Source of the DNA: Candidatus Gastranaerophilales bacterium | GTDB taxonomy: Bacteria; Cyanobacteriota; Vampirovibrionia; Gastranaerophilales; Gastranaerophilaceae | Assembly: GCA_944324035.1 (NCBI GenBank) | Contig: CALUUU010000001.1 | Span: forward strand, 1-44,125 | Length of the DNA stretch: 44,125 nucleotides | Reading direction: 5' to 3' | Shown: one piece after another, positions 32,141-41,606 of the stretch | Layout of the letters: every line of letters starts with the position of its first letter | Numbering within the stretch: position 1 is the first letter of the stretch | Position numbers and translations under genes: made by a program | The notes under the pieces: model-generated | Seen by the model: the letters and a program-made list of their open reading frames with translations, nothing else | Database searches by the model: none | What the model was told of the DNA's origin: nothing

Positions 32141-32869
32141 TTACCACGGATAATCGTCTTTGATTTCCCAACCGTCATACTCTATCAAACCCGCACACCA
32201 CTGACCTGCATGCCATGAACCAGGGTTATTGCAGCCCCTAAAACCGTTTAGCATATTTTCTCTCGTTTGTCCTCGTCCAAACGGGTATAAAGCTTCTTTT
32301 GACCTATCTAAATAAAAACAAAATAGATCCCGTCCATATTTGTTTGGTTTTTGCGGCCCATTTATATCTACCCACATAAATATACCATAACCATAGGTCT
32401 CGCCGTTATTATCATATATTAGTCTTACCACCATTGAATTATTTATTATAAAGCGGTAATCATTTATAGAAGGCTGCTCAGTAGTTATTCCAGAACTAAT
32501 TGATATAGGGTAATTACAGTACATATCATTATTTGTTCCACAATCTGCTATAACTTTTATATATGGGAAAAAATATTTGTGTGCAAAGTTTTTTAATGAA
32601 TCATTAACATCAACAGGCTCTCCTTCTCCAGGATGCATATCCATACCAGAGCCAAAATCCCATTCGGACATATCACCGTAATCCGTTTGAGCCCTGACTA
32701 TTGCCTGAGATAATATACTATATACAACTTTTAGCTGATTTACAGTTGCTTTTTTCTGGTAATCAGTAATTAACGTTGGTAAGGTCATTGCCGCAACAAT
32801 TCCGATAATCCCAAGGGTGATAAGAACTTCGGCTAAGGTAAACGCCGCTTTTTTCTTTCTATTCGTCAT
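32141..32869 (-). CDS. Prepilin-type N-terminal cleavage/methylation domain protein (type IV pilin/pseudopilin-like)
   Basis: Starts MTNRKKKAAFTLAEVLITLGIIGIVAAMTLP, i.e. a basic leader, F+1, E+5 and a hydrophobic helix. Position -1 is Ala rather than the usual Gly. No SD is visible before this ATG. Confidence 0.85.
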   Translation of the reverse strand: MTNRKKKAAFTLAEVLITLGIIGIVAAMTLPTLITDYQKKATVNQLKVVYSILSQAIVRAQTDYGDMSEWDFGSGMDMHPGEGEPVDVNDSLKNFAHKYFFPYIKVIADCGTNNDMYCNYPISISSGITTEQPSINDYRFIINNSMVVRLIYDNNGETYGYGIFMWVDINGPQKPNKYGRDLFCFYLDRSKEALYPFGRGQTRENMLNGFRGCNNPGSWHAGQWCAGLIEYDGWEIKDDYPW

Positions 32870-32931
32870 TCTGAGCGCAGCGAAGAATCTCTTTTTATTA
32901 GATTTTTTGGGGTGTTCACCCCTCAGAATGA
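32866..32931 (-). promoter_or_regulatory. 10-bp perfect inverted repeat able to pair across the pilin start codon, with a nested GGGGT/ACCCC hairpin
   Basis: On the minus strand, the 5' arm tcattctgag (32931-32922) pairs with the 3' arm ctcagaATGa (32875-32866; ATG at 32869-32867). The nested hairpin ggggtgaacacccc lies at 32922-32909. Confidence 0.5.
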
Positions 32932-32987
32932 AAGGTTTGCCGCAATGTCTAAATAGTGTAAACCCTTTAAAACCGTATCCGGAGAGG

Positions 32988-33038
32988 TTAAGAAGCCCCC
33001 CCCCCCTCGAAGATTGTTGCTATAATTGACTTTTTCAT
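32988..33038 (-). CDS. SD-led upstream ORF (16 codons, MKKSIIATIFEGGGAS*) containing the homopolymer tract
   Basis: AAGGAG lies 7 nt upstream of the ATG at 33038. The G11 run (minus strand) encodes the GGG stretch, and the stop is at 32988-32990. Confidence 0.4.
   Translation of the reverse strand: MKKSIIATIFEGGGAS
32996..33006. repeat. Homopolymeric C11 (G11 on the coding strand) tract
   Basis: Counted directly: 5 C at 32996-33000 plus 6 C at 33001-33006. This is exceptional in a window with about one-third G+C. Confidence 0.9.
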
Positions 33039-33118
33039 AACCTGACTCCTTGTATTTCCGATTATATGAATATTATACAGTATATTAGTAAATTATTCAA
33101 GATTATAAAAGTTTAAAA

Positions 33119-33601
33119 TTATTTAATATATTTTTGCTGTATAAGCTTTTTTAAAGCTTTTGCATGAACAGCATTAGGTTCTATTTTAATAAGTTTATCA
33201 AGATATTCAAGTGCAGTTTCATAATTGCCGAGTTTTTTTTGGGCAGCCGCCATAGCGTATAGTGCATCAACAAACTTATCATCAAGTTCCAGTGCTTTAT
33301 TCAAATCTTTCACCGCATTATCAATATTATGATTATCAATATCTTTTCTGGATAAAGTTATTCTTGCACGATTGTAATATGCGTCCGTCATTTTGTCGTT
33401 AATCTGCAGAGCTTTTGTATAGTCAAGCATAGCTTCATCAAAATCTTCCATAGCCTGATATGCAACTCCTCTGTAAAAATAAGGAATTTCCCAGTCATTT
33501 TTAAGTTCAAGAGATTTATTTATATTCTCAACAGCGCTTTCAAATCTGCCGTTTTGTATATCAAATATTCCGTTATCCAAATAAGATTTATAATCAGTCA
33601 T
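33119..33601 (-). CDS. Tetratricopeptide-repeat protein
   Basis: TPR-like 34-aa periodicity (..YFYRGVAYQAMEDFDEAMLDYTKALQIN.., ..LYAMAAAQKKLGNYETALEYLDKLIKIEP). The start is uncertain: ATG 33601, or TTG 33628 as in the ORF track. Confidence 0.75.
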   Translation of the reverse strand: MTDYKSYLDNGIFDIQNGRFESAVENINKSLELKNDWEIPYFYRGVAYQAMEDFDEAMLDYTKALQINDKMTDAYYNRARITLSRKDIDNHNIDNAVKDLNKALELDDKFVDALYAMAAAQKKLGNYETALEYLDKLIKIEPNAVHAKALKKLIQQKYIK

Positions 33602-33717
33602 AGTATCCACGAAAATAATAAATTGCAAAAATATTATACTCTAATCAAATTTATAAAGCCATAAGTAATATTTGGAATTTTCTATATAAATCCCTAAAAT
33701 TGACTATTGACGGATAA

Positions 33718-35061
<1,344 letters not shown>

Positions 35062-35088
35062 TTGTAAGATTAAAAAATATAGCAAAAA

Positions 35089-35122
35089 AGCGGGATAGGT
35101 TTTAATTTATCCCGCTTTTTTA
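35089..35122. terminator. Rho-independent terminator after eno (usable from both strands)
   Basis: Stem agcgggata/tatcccgct, about 10-nt loop, then TTTTTT. An A-run precedes the stem. Confidence 0.8.
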
Positions 35123-35149
35123 TGAATTGATAAATTTAAAATATTCGGC

Positions 35150-35704
35150 TTAAGCGTTTCTGGAAGTTGCTCTGAAAACGCTCTGTCCGAGTCCTACAAA
35201 GAATCCTAAAACTGCACCGCCGGCAACATAAGCAGGAGTAACCCTTTTATCTTTAACGGCACTCTTGAATCCTTTTGCGCAGCGTCTGAACATGTCAACA
35301 GCTCTTTCGTTAACACTTGCGATAATACCTTTTAATTCAATCATATCGCCTTGTTTCAGATTTGCATCTTTGATAATCTTGCGCATTGCTTTGATATTGT
35401 TGCGATTTGGTTCAACAGCAGCAGATGCAGCTTTTTGAGCATCAACCATTTTAATAAATGTATCTTGTGCCAAAGATTTATCTTTTATGCTTCTTATAGT
35501 TTCAATAGCACTGGCTTTTGCTTTATTTGACTGTTCTCTGATAATTGCCATCGCACCTTTAAATTCGCTATCCATCTCGCTTTCGCTGAGCGGAAGCATG
35601 TGCTTTGCGGCATAACCTGCTACGGCTCCTCCTAATGAGCCTCTTGCGATCAATCCAAATGGAGATCTGCTTGTATCCTGTGTTTCAATAGCATTAATAC
35701 TCAT
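35150..35704 (-). CDS. Hypothetical protein (184 aa) with Gly-rich hydrophobic segments at both ends
   Basis: Intact ORF. The N-terminus MSINAIETQDTSRSPFGLIARGSLGGAVAGYAA and the C-terminus VTPAYVAGGAVLGFFVGLGQSVF flank a helical, charged middle region. Confidence 0.6.
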   Translation of the reverse strand: MSINAIETQDTSRSPFGLIARGSLGGAVAGYAAKHMLPLSESEMDSEFKGAMAIIREQSNKAKASAIETIRSIKDKSLAQDTFIKMVDAQKAASAAVEPNRNNIKAMRKIIKDANLKQGDMIELKGIIASVNERAVDMFRRCAKGFKSAVKDKRVTPAYVAGGAVLGFFVGLGQSVFRATSRNA

Positions 35705-35897
35705 AGTTAATAAACCTTTACTTAACTAATTTCCTTTCTACATATGACCATATAAGTTCTCTCATTAAGATTTAACACTAAAAAATCTTAATCGGAAAAT
35801 ATATGGGCGGATTTGCACTTAAATATTTTAATTAATTACCCCTAAACATAATTAAATAAAACTGAGTAATCAAATCCTTTGGAATTTTATCATATAA

Positions 35898-36935
35898 TTA
35901 TTTTTTTGTCAATACTTTTATAAAGTTAAGTAACAGCATTATTATGACAACGGTAAATATGGCGAAAAAGTACAATTTGATTGTGTTTTCACCCATAAAT
36001 AATGTTGCAAAAGCTCCTGCTATAATAGCGCATGATGTAAGAATAACAACGGTTTTCTTCTGTGAAAAGCCGGCATGCAAAAGTTTATGATGGATGTGTT
36101 CCGCGTCAGCAACGAACGGGGACTGTCCTTTACAAATTCTTCTCAAACTGGAATAGGTAATATCCATAATCGGAACGGCTAACACAACAAACGGAAGAAG
36201 AATTGCAAGAGTAGCCGCTTTCATAACTCCGGTAATAGATATTGTTGCAAGCAAAAATCCCGAAAACAGAGCGCCGCTGTCACCCATAAATATTTTTGCA
36301 GGGTTAAAGTTATAAGTTAAAAAGGCAAGCATCGACCCTGCAAGGATAAAACCTATAAGCGCAATAATCGGGTTCGGCGGAGTCATCGCAAGCGCAATGA
36401 TTGCAAGAGTGATGGAATTTATGGTAGTAACAGAGCCTGCAAGCCCGTCTACACCGTCAATAAAGTTCAGTGCATTGCTTATTCCGACTATCCACAAAAT
36501 AGTTATCGGATAAGACCAAAAACCTAAATTAACACCGCCAAAAAACGGAATGGTATTTATTTGTATCCCCAACAGATACACCAAAGTTGCAATTGAAAGC
36601 TGCAAAAACAGCTTAAATTTCGCAGGCAGATTGTAAATATCATCCACAAGCCCAAGCAAAAACATTAACGAGCTGCCAAGCAAAATCCCTGATAAAAGGC
36701 TTCCTTCCGGGTAATAGCTCATAAATACAAGACAAAGAAATGTGAGCATTGTGCTTAGCCAAATTGCAACACCGCCTATTCTTGAAATCGGTTTTGTATG
36801 AATTTTTCTTTCGTTCGGGACATCAACCAGTCCTTCTTTTTTTGAAAAGCTTATAACAAGCGGAACCAAAAATACGCCGAACATATAAGCTATAATTGTT
36901 CCAAGAATATGTGCATGTGTTAGTTTAATTATCAT
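35898..36935 (-). CDS. MraY/WecA-family polyprenyl-phosphate N-acetylhexosamine-1-phosphate transferase (GT4 family)
   Basis: Contains VDVPNERKIHTKPISRIGGVAIW, LGLVDD, NALNFIDGVDGLA and IFMGDSGALFSGF, the hallmark WecA/TagO motifs, with about 10-11 TM helices. Confidence 0.88.
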   Translation of the reverse strand: MIIKLTHAHILGTIIAYMFGVFLVPLVISFSKKEGLVDVPNERKIHTKPISRIGGVAIWLSTMLTFLCLVFMSYYPEGSLLSGILLGSSLMFLLGLVDDIYNLPAKFKLFLQLSIATLVYLLGIQINTIPFFGGVNLGFWSYPITILWIVGISNALNFIDGVDGLAGSVTTINSITLAIIALAMTPPNPIIALIGFILAGSMLAFLTYNFNPAKIFMGDSGALFSGFLLATISITGVMKAATLAILLPFVVLAVPIMDITYSSLRRICKGQSPFVADAEHIHHKLLHAGFSQKKTVVILTSCAIIAGAFATLFMGENTIKLYFFAIFTVVIIMLLLNFIKVLTKK

Positions 36936-36956
36936 TTTTATTTATCCTTTTTGACG

Positions 36957-38195
36957 CTACTCATATAGCGGATATTTTTTGCATAGTTTAAGAGAACGTT
37001 CTCTTAAGTTTTGTAATCCGGTTTCGTTGTCGGAAGCATAAATAGCTCCGGCAATAATTTTTGCTACTTCGGTCATATCATCTTCTTTAAAACCGCGTGT
37101 TGTAACCGCAGGGGTACCTAATCTTATACCGCTTGTGACAAACGGGCTTTGCGGATCATTCGGCACAGTATTTTTATTTGCCGTAATTCCTACGCGTTCA
37201 AGAACATTTGCCATATCTTTGCCGGTTTTACCGGTTTTTCTCAAATCCAGTGTCATAAGGTGGTTTTCTGTCATACCGCCGACAATATCAAGCCCTTCAT
37301 CCATAAGTCCCTGAGCAAGAGCCTTAGCGTTTTTGATAATCTGGGCTGCATATTCTTTAAATTCAGGTTTTGAAGCTTCAAGAAGTGCAACAGCTTTTGC
37401 CGCAATAATATGTTCCAAAGGCCCGCCCTGCATGCCGGGGAAAACAGCTTTATCAATACCTAAAGCATGTTCCTCTTTACACATAATGATGCCGCCTCTA
37501 GGCCCTCTTAAGGATTTGTGGGTTGTAGTTGTTACAAAATCCGCATAAGGAGCAGGTGACGGATGAAGTCCTGCAACAACGAGCCCTGCAATATGCGCAA
37601 TGTCTGCTAACAAGTAAGCACCCACTTCATCAGCGATTTCTCTAAACTTCTTAAAATCTATAATTTTTGAATAATTGCTTGCACCGCAAATAATAAGTTT
37701 TGGTTTATGTTCCAGAGCCATTTGTCTTACATTGTCATAATCTATATTTCCGTTTTCATCAACGCCGTAGCTTTTTACGTTGAAATAAAGTCCTGAAAAA
37801 TTAACCGGAGAACCGTGGGAAAGGTGGCCGCCGTTTGACAAATCCATACCGAGAACATGATCGCCCGGTTTCAGCGCATACATAAATACAGCCATATTTG
37901 CCTGAGCACCGCTGTGAGGCTGAACATTTGCGTGATCCATATGGAAAAGTTCACACGCACGTTTCTGGCAGATTTCCTCTATCACATCAACGTGCTCGCA
38001 GCCGTTGTAAAATCTTTTGTGAGGCTTGCCTTCTGCGTATTTGTTGGTCAAAACACTGCCGGCAGCTTCCATAACCGCTTTCGAGGTGATGTTTTCGCTT
38101 GCAATAAGTTCAATTGTTTCCTGCTGTCTTTTTAATTCAAGTTCAATCTGTTCTGCTACAACAGGATCTGTTTTTTTAATATTTTCTAAATTCAT
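36957..38195 (-). CDS. glyA: Serine hydroxymethyltransferase
   Basis: Contains [28 protein letters not shown], and [14 protein letters not shown] (PLP lysine motif). 412 aa. Confidence 0.97.
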   Translation of the reverse strand: MNLENIKKTDPVVAEQIELELKRQQETIELIASENITSKAVMEAAGSVLTNKYAEGKPHKRFYNGCEHVDVIEEICQKRACELFHMDHANVQPHSGAQANMAVFMYALKPGDHVLGMDLSNGGHLSHGSPVNFSGLYFNVKSYGVDENGNIDYDNVRQMALEHKPKLIICGASNYSKIIDFKKFREIADEVGAYLLADIAHIAGLVVAGLHPSPAPYADFVTTTTHKSLRGPRGGIIMCKEEHALGIDKAVFPGMQGGPLEHIIAAKAVALLEASKPEFKEYAAQIIKNAKALAQGLMDEGLDIVGGMTENHLMTLDLRKTGKTGKDMANVLERVGITANKNTVPNDPQSPFVTSGIRLGTPAVTTRGFKEDDMTEVAKIIAGAIYASDNETGLQNLRERSLKLCKKYPLYE

Positions 38196-38402
38196 CTATC
38201 ACCTCGCAAATTTCCTCACCCATCTGAATTATATTCAAAAAAACAAAATTAGTAAAGAATGTTACGGAAAAATCCCATGACTTTTCAAAAAATATCCTTA
38301 AATAATTTTTGTAGATTTCATACAAAAGTATGAGCACGGGAAAGCTGATTTATTATATAGTTGTACCGTGAGAGTAGTAGTAAGCAGAGGTAGTCAGACA
38401 AA

Positions 38403-39974
38403 ATGGGGTTGAATCTTAGCAGTATTTATCAGCGTCCATATCTTGCCAAAGACAACAGAAGTCTTGTTAAAAAGAAACAAGACGAAGATGCCTCACAATC
38501 TGCTGCCCGCGAAGCCCAAAGAGAAGAACAGGCTAATCAGAATGCCAGAAGCAAAGGGCTTCAATATATAGAAAATAATCAGGACGGATTTACAAGAAGC
38601 ACTTCTCACCTGGATGCCCAGCCTTGGCAAAAAGAACTTTACCAAAATGCTCAAACCCATCAAACACAGGCCGTCGCACAGCAAATGGCAGCAGGAAGAA
38701 ATTCTTCCATTAATATTGCACAAATTTTGAAAGACTTTAGAAACACAGCTATTGCAATAGGCACCCCTGATGATTTAAATGAAGAAGTTGAAAGTTATCT
38801 GAGCCTTATTGAAAAACAGGTTACAAAGGATAACCCAAATATTAAACGTCTGAAAACCGACTTAAAAAGCGCCTCTTCCATCCTGGATGAGTATATTTCC
38901 AAAACTTTAAACAAAGACTCAAAAGTTGTTGAAAACTGGGTTGATGCCCTGTTTTTACAGGATATAGATTTCAAATACAATGAAAACGATATCAATCCGC
39001 AGTTCTTAGTGAAATTCCCGGAAGGCTCTGCAGAAAGAATTCAGCAAAAAGAACAGCAGGCAGTCACTGAAAATGAAACTGTCCGTGCAGAAGCTGTTCA
39101 GGCAGAGGAGCCTGTTCAGGAAGAAATTCCAAAGACAGAAACAAAGACAAATGTATTTATTCCGCAGGATTCCGAATTGAAATCTTTGTTTATTCAGTCT
39201 AAAAAACTTGCTTACGCAAAAGAACCTAAAAAAGCTATAGAAACTTTCCAAAAGGCGCTTACCCGTGCAGATGAAGTCGGAGATACCGAAACAAAATCCA
39301 AAATTTTCTTTGAAATAGGCAGAATTTATGACGATTATGACTATGCTGCACAAGCCTTAAAAAGCTACCACAAATCTCTCGAAGGAACTACAGATAATAA
39401 TATAAAAACAAAAGCACATTATTCTATGGCGCAGATTTATGATGATGTAAACCAGATTGAACCTGCTCTGGATCACTATTACGTATCTGCCGCATACGGA
39501 GGCGAGAGTGACAATCTTGCCGCGCAATCCACATCTTTAACAAGAATGGGCAATATTTTTTCAGATATGTATGAAGAAGATGCTTTTGAATATCTTACAA
39601 CCGCGCAGGAGCTGGCAGATGAAACAGATAACCATAAGGTAAAAGGTTTTGTTGCATCAAGCCTCGGCAGGGCATACGAAAAATTCGGCGAACCGCAGGA
39701 AGCTTTGAAATCTTATTCAAAAGCTGTTAAAAATTATACAGATGCATCCGCACCTTTGAAAGCTGCCCAAAATTATGTGAGCGCAGCAGACATTATGATT
39801 GATTTTAACAGTACAAACAAAGCGCGCAGCTTATTGAATAAAGCACAAAAATTTGCTCAGGAAGCAGGGGATGAAAGTTTGTTAAAGGAAATTAACGAAC
39901 GTCTTTCCGGTTTGAATACTGATTCATATAAAGTTAATACCGGCGAATTGAAGCGTATTTCAAATGCAGCTTAA
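38403..39974 (+). CDS. Hypothetical protein with a Gln/Glu-rich N-terminal half and C-terminal TPR-like repeats
   Basis: 523 aa. C-terminal repeats include ..IFFEIGRIYDDYDYAAQALKSYHKSLE.., ..AHYSMAQIYDDVNQIEPALDHYYVSA.. and ..SSLGRAYEKFGEPQEALKSYSKAVK... Confidence 0.7.
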   Translation: MGLNLSSIYQRPYLAKDNRSLVKKKQDEDASQSAAREAQREEQANQNARSKGLQYIENNQDGFTRSTSHLDAQPWQKELYQNAQTHQTQAVAQQMAAGRNSSINIAQILKDFRNTAIAIGTPDDLNEEVESYLSLIEKQVTKDNPNIKRLKTDLKSASSILDEYISKTLNKDSKVVENWVDALFLQDIDFKYNENDINPQFLVKFPEGSAERIQQKEQQAVTENETVRAEAVQAEEPVQEEIPKTETKTNVFIPQDSELKSLFIQSKKLAYAKEPKKAIETFQKALTRADEVGDTETKSKIFFEIGRIYDDYDYAAQALKSYHKSLEGTTDNNIKTKAHYSMAQIYDDVNQIEPALDHYYVSAAYGGESDNLAAQSTSLTRMGNIFSDMYEEDAFEYLTTAQELADETDNHKVKGFVASSLGRAYEKFGEPQEALKSYSKAVKNYTDASAPLKAAQNYVSAADIMIDFNSTNKARSLLNKAQKFAQEAGDESLLKEINERLSGLNTDSYKVNTGELKRISNAA

Positions 39975-39981
39975 AATTCTA

Positions 39982-40944
39982 TCAGCTTAAATCAATTTCG
40001 CTTATATACTGCCTGTAAGTTTCTTTTAGTTTTTCAGGTGAAAGAATTTTTACATCTTTCCCCCATTTAAAAAGATGCCAGATAATTTCCAAAGGCCCGC
40101 TTGCCTGAAATGCAACCAAAACAGTTCCATCCGGCTGCAGTTCAATATGCTGGGTGGGATGAAAATTGTAGCATAAAATATCTTCGGCAACCTGTGCAGA
40201 AAATAAAAGTTTTACATCCATAATCTCGCCCTGATATACCCCGAATGAGCGTTTTGAATGTTCTTCCAGATTAAAATCACCCTTGTCGAAAGTTTCATCC
40301 GTAATCTCTAAATTTTTTAGTTTGTGAAGAATGTAATTGTATATTTCATTTCCTTTTGCATCTTCTTTTGCGACAAGGTAGGTTTTTTCTCCGTATATAA
40401 CCCCGAGCGGCTTTAATACACGTTCCCTGTCGTGGTAAACCCCTTTTATAATTCTGGAATTCTGTACAGCATCGCGGACAACTGAAAGAGTTGAAATATC
40501 TATGTTATAATTTGGTTTTTGCCGGATTGCAAAACCTTCTGTATGCATAAGCATTTCGATTTCATCCTCAAGAGTTGTGTGGTGTTTTGTTGTTACGGCT
40601 TTCAGTTTTTCAATAGTTTTTTCAAGTGTGTTGAGAGTTTTTGTATTATTTAAGACTTCTTTAATCTGCTCGAGATTTGCTATTTCGTCCGGATTAAAAG
40701 AAACAAGCCTGCTGTAAGAACGGTTTGAAAATCCCCAGTGCTTGAAATCGTCCTGAATGTAATCCAGCTCCTCAAAATCAGGAAAAATATTAAGCAGACT
40801 GTCGCGCATTCTCTCGGCAGTTCTTCTTGATACATTATACCTTTGCGCAATATCGGTGAGTGTTACTCCCTGCGGTCTTGAAAGTATAAATGTCATCAAA
40901 TCCAGTATGTCCGAAACTCTTGAATACCTTGGTTTTACTTCCAT
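39982..40944 (-). CDS. HTH + WYL domain transcriptional regulator (YafY/BrxR/CapW-like architecture)
   Basis: N-terminal wHTH: ILDLMTFILSRPQGVTLTDIAQRYNVSRRTAERMRDSL. The central WYL-like region is IKGVYHDRERVLKPLGVIYGEKTYLVAKE, followed by a C-terminal WCX-like part. I take the start at ATG 40944 (AGGGAG SD) rather than 40977. Confidence 0.8.
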   Translation of the reverse strand: MEVKPRYSRVSDILDLMTFILSRPQGVTLTDIAQRYNVSRRTAERMRDSLLNIFPDFEELDYIQDDFKHWGFSNRSYSRLVSFNPDEIANLEQIKEVLNNTKTLNTLEKTIEKLKAVTTKHHTTLEDEIEMLMHTEGFAIRQKPNYNIDISTLSVVRDAVQNSRIIKGVYHDRERVLKPLGVIYGEKTYLVAKEDAKGNEIYNYILHKLKNLEITDETFDKGDFNLEEHSKRSFGVYQGEIMDVKLLFSAQVAEDILCYNFHPTQHIELQPDGTVLVAFQASGPLEIIWHLFKWGKDVKILSPEKLKETYRQYISEIDLS

Positions 40945-40990
40945 TCTTACTCCCTTTGTATATAGTTTATCATACAAGCTTTCTTATCGC

Positions 40991-41018
40991 AAAAAAAATT
41001 CCGGCTTTAAACCGGAAC
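40991..41018 (-). terminator. Rho-independent terminator downstream of the 41051-41428 gene
   Basis: The minus strand reads ttccggtttaaagccggaa followed by TTTTTTTT. Confidence 0.75.
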
Positions 41019-41050
41019 GAGGTGGACAGATTATTACTAATCAGTAAGGG

Positions 41051-41428
41051 TTAATTATATTTTTTGTAGAGGTTTTTTTGATAATTTATTACTATTTGCG
41101 CAACCAAAAATAGTGTAAACATATTCAGAAAACTGTTGTAACCGTTAAAACTTAACCAGCACATAATCCCTGCAATAATTACTGCCAGAAGAGTATGATA
41201 ATTGCTGAATTTCATATTCGTATTGCGCAAAATTTTGTTATAGTTATAGCGGTAAATCTTATTTTCAGGTGACAGCCGGCAGGCTTTGAATAAAAGTTTT
41301 GAAGCTGTTATATAATCGTTTTTGAACCTATACAAAAACATTGCGTAATCATTATATAATTCAGCATTTTGCGGGTATGTTTTTATTGCTTTAATAAATT
41401 CTTTTTCAATTTTATCTGTCTTGTTCAT
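41051..41428 (-). CDS. Small membrane-anchored protein with a TPR-like N-terminal domain
   Basis: The start at ATG 41428 follows AAGGAGA plus 5 nt. The N-terminus FIKAIKTYPQNAELYNDYAMFLY..ASKLLFKACRLSPEN is TPR-like. The C-terminus has two hydrophobic helices (LLAVIIAGIMCWLSF, MFTLFLVAQIVI). Confidence 0.65.
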   Translation of the reverse strand: MNKTDKIEKEFIKAIKTYPQNAELYNDYAMFLYRFKNDYITASKLLFKACRLSPENKIYRYNYNKILRNTNMKFSNYHTLLAVIIAGIMCWLSFNGYNSFLNMFTLFLVAQIVINYQKNLYKKYN

Positions 41429-41606
41429 TTTGTTCTCCTTAAATTTTTCCTTTCTGTTCACAAGTCTAAAATACAAAATAAATACGACAAAAACGGACGT
41501 GCGTAAAAATATTAAATTTTCTTTACATTTGACAAATAAACATGCAAATTTTTATTTTTACACGATTTAAAGCAGTTAAAACAAAATATTTGAAAGGACT
41601 GTATAG

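Noticed and set aside
32817-33029. 70-aa plus-strand ORF (..FFFLFVILSAAKNLFLLD..) spanning the pilin leader
   Set aside because: It is antisense to the pilin 5' end and leader. It exists only because the structured leader lacks stops on this strand, and it has no SD.
35765-35791. AT-rich hairpin ttaagatt/aatcttaa downstream of the WecA-like gene
   Set aside because: The stem is all A/T and has no flanking U-run on the relevant strand, so it is unlikely to act as a terminator.
38196-38402. Possible riboswitch (THF, ZTP or T-box) in the 207-bp region upstream of glyA and the divergent TPR gene
   Set aside because: I could not find the conserved cores of these elements. There is only a weak cacgg/ccgtg pairing with a long AT-rich loop, which is insufficient evidence.
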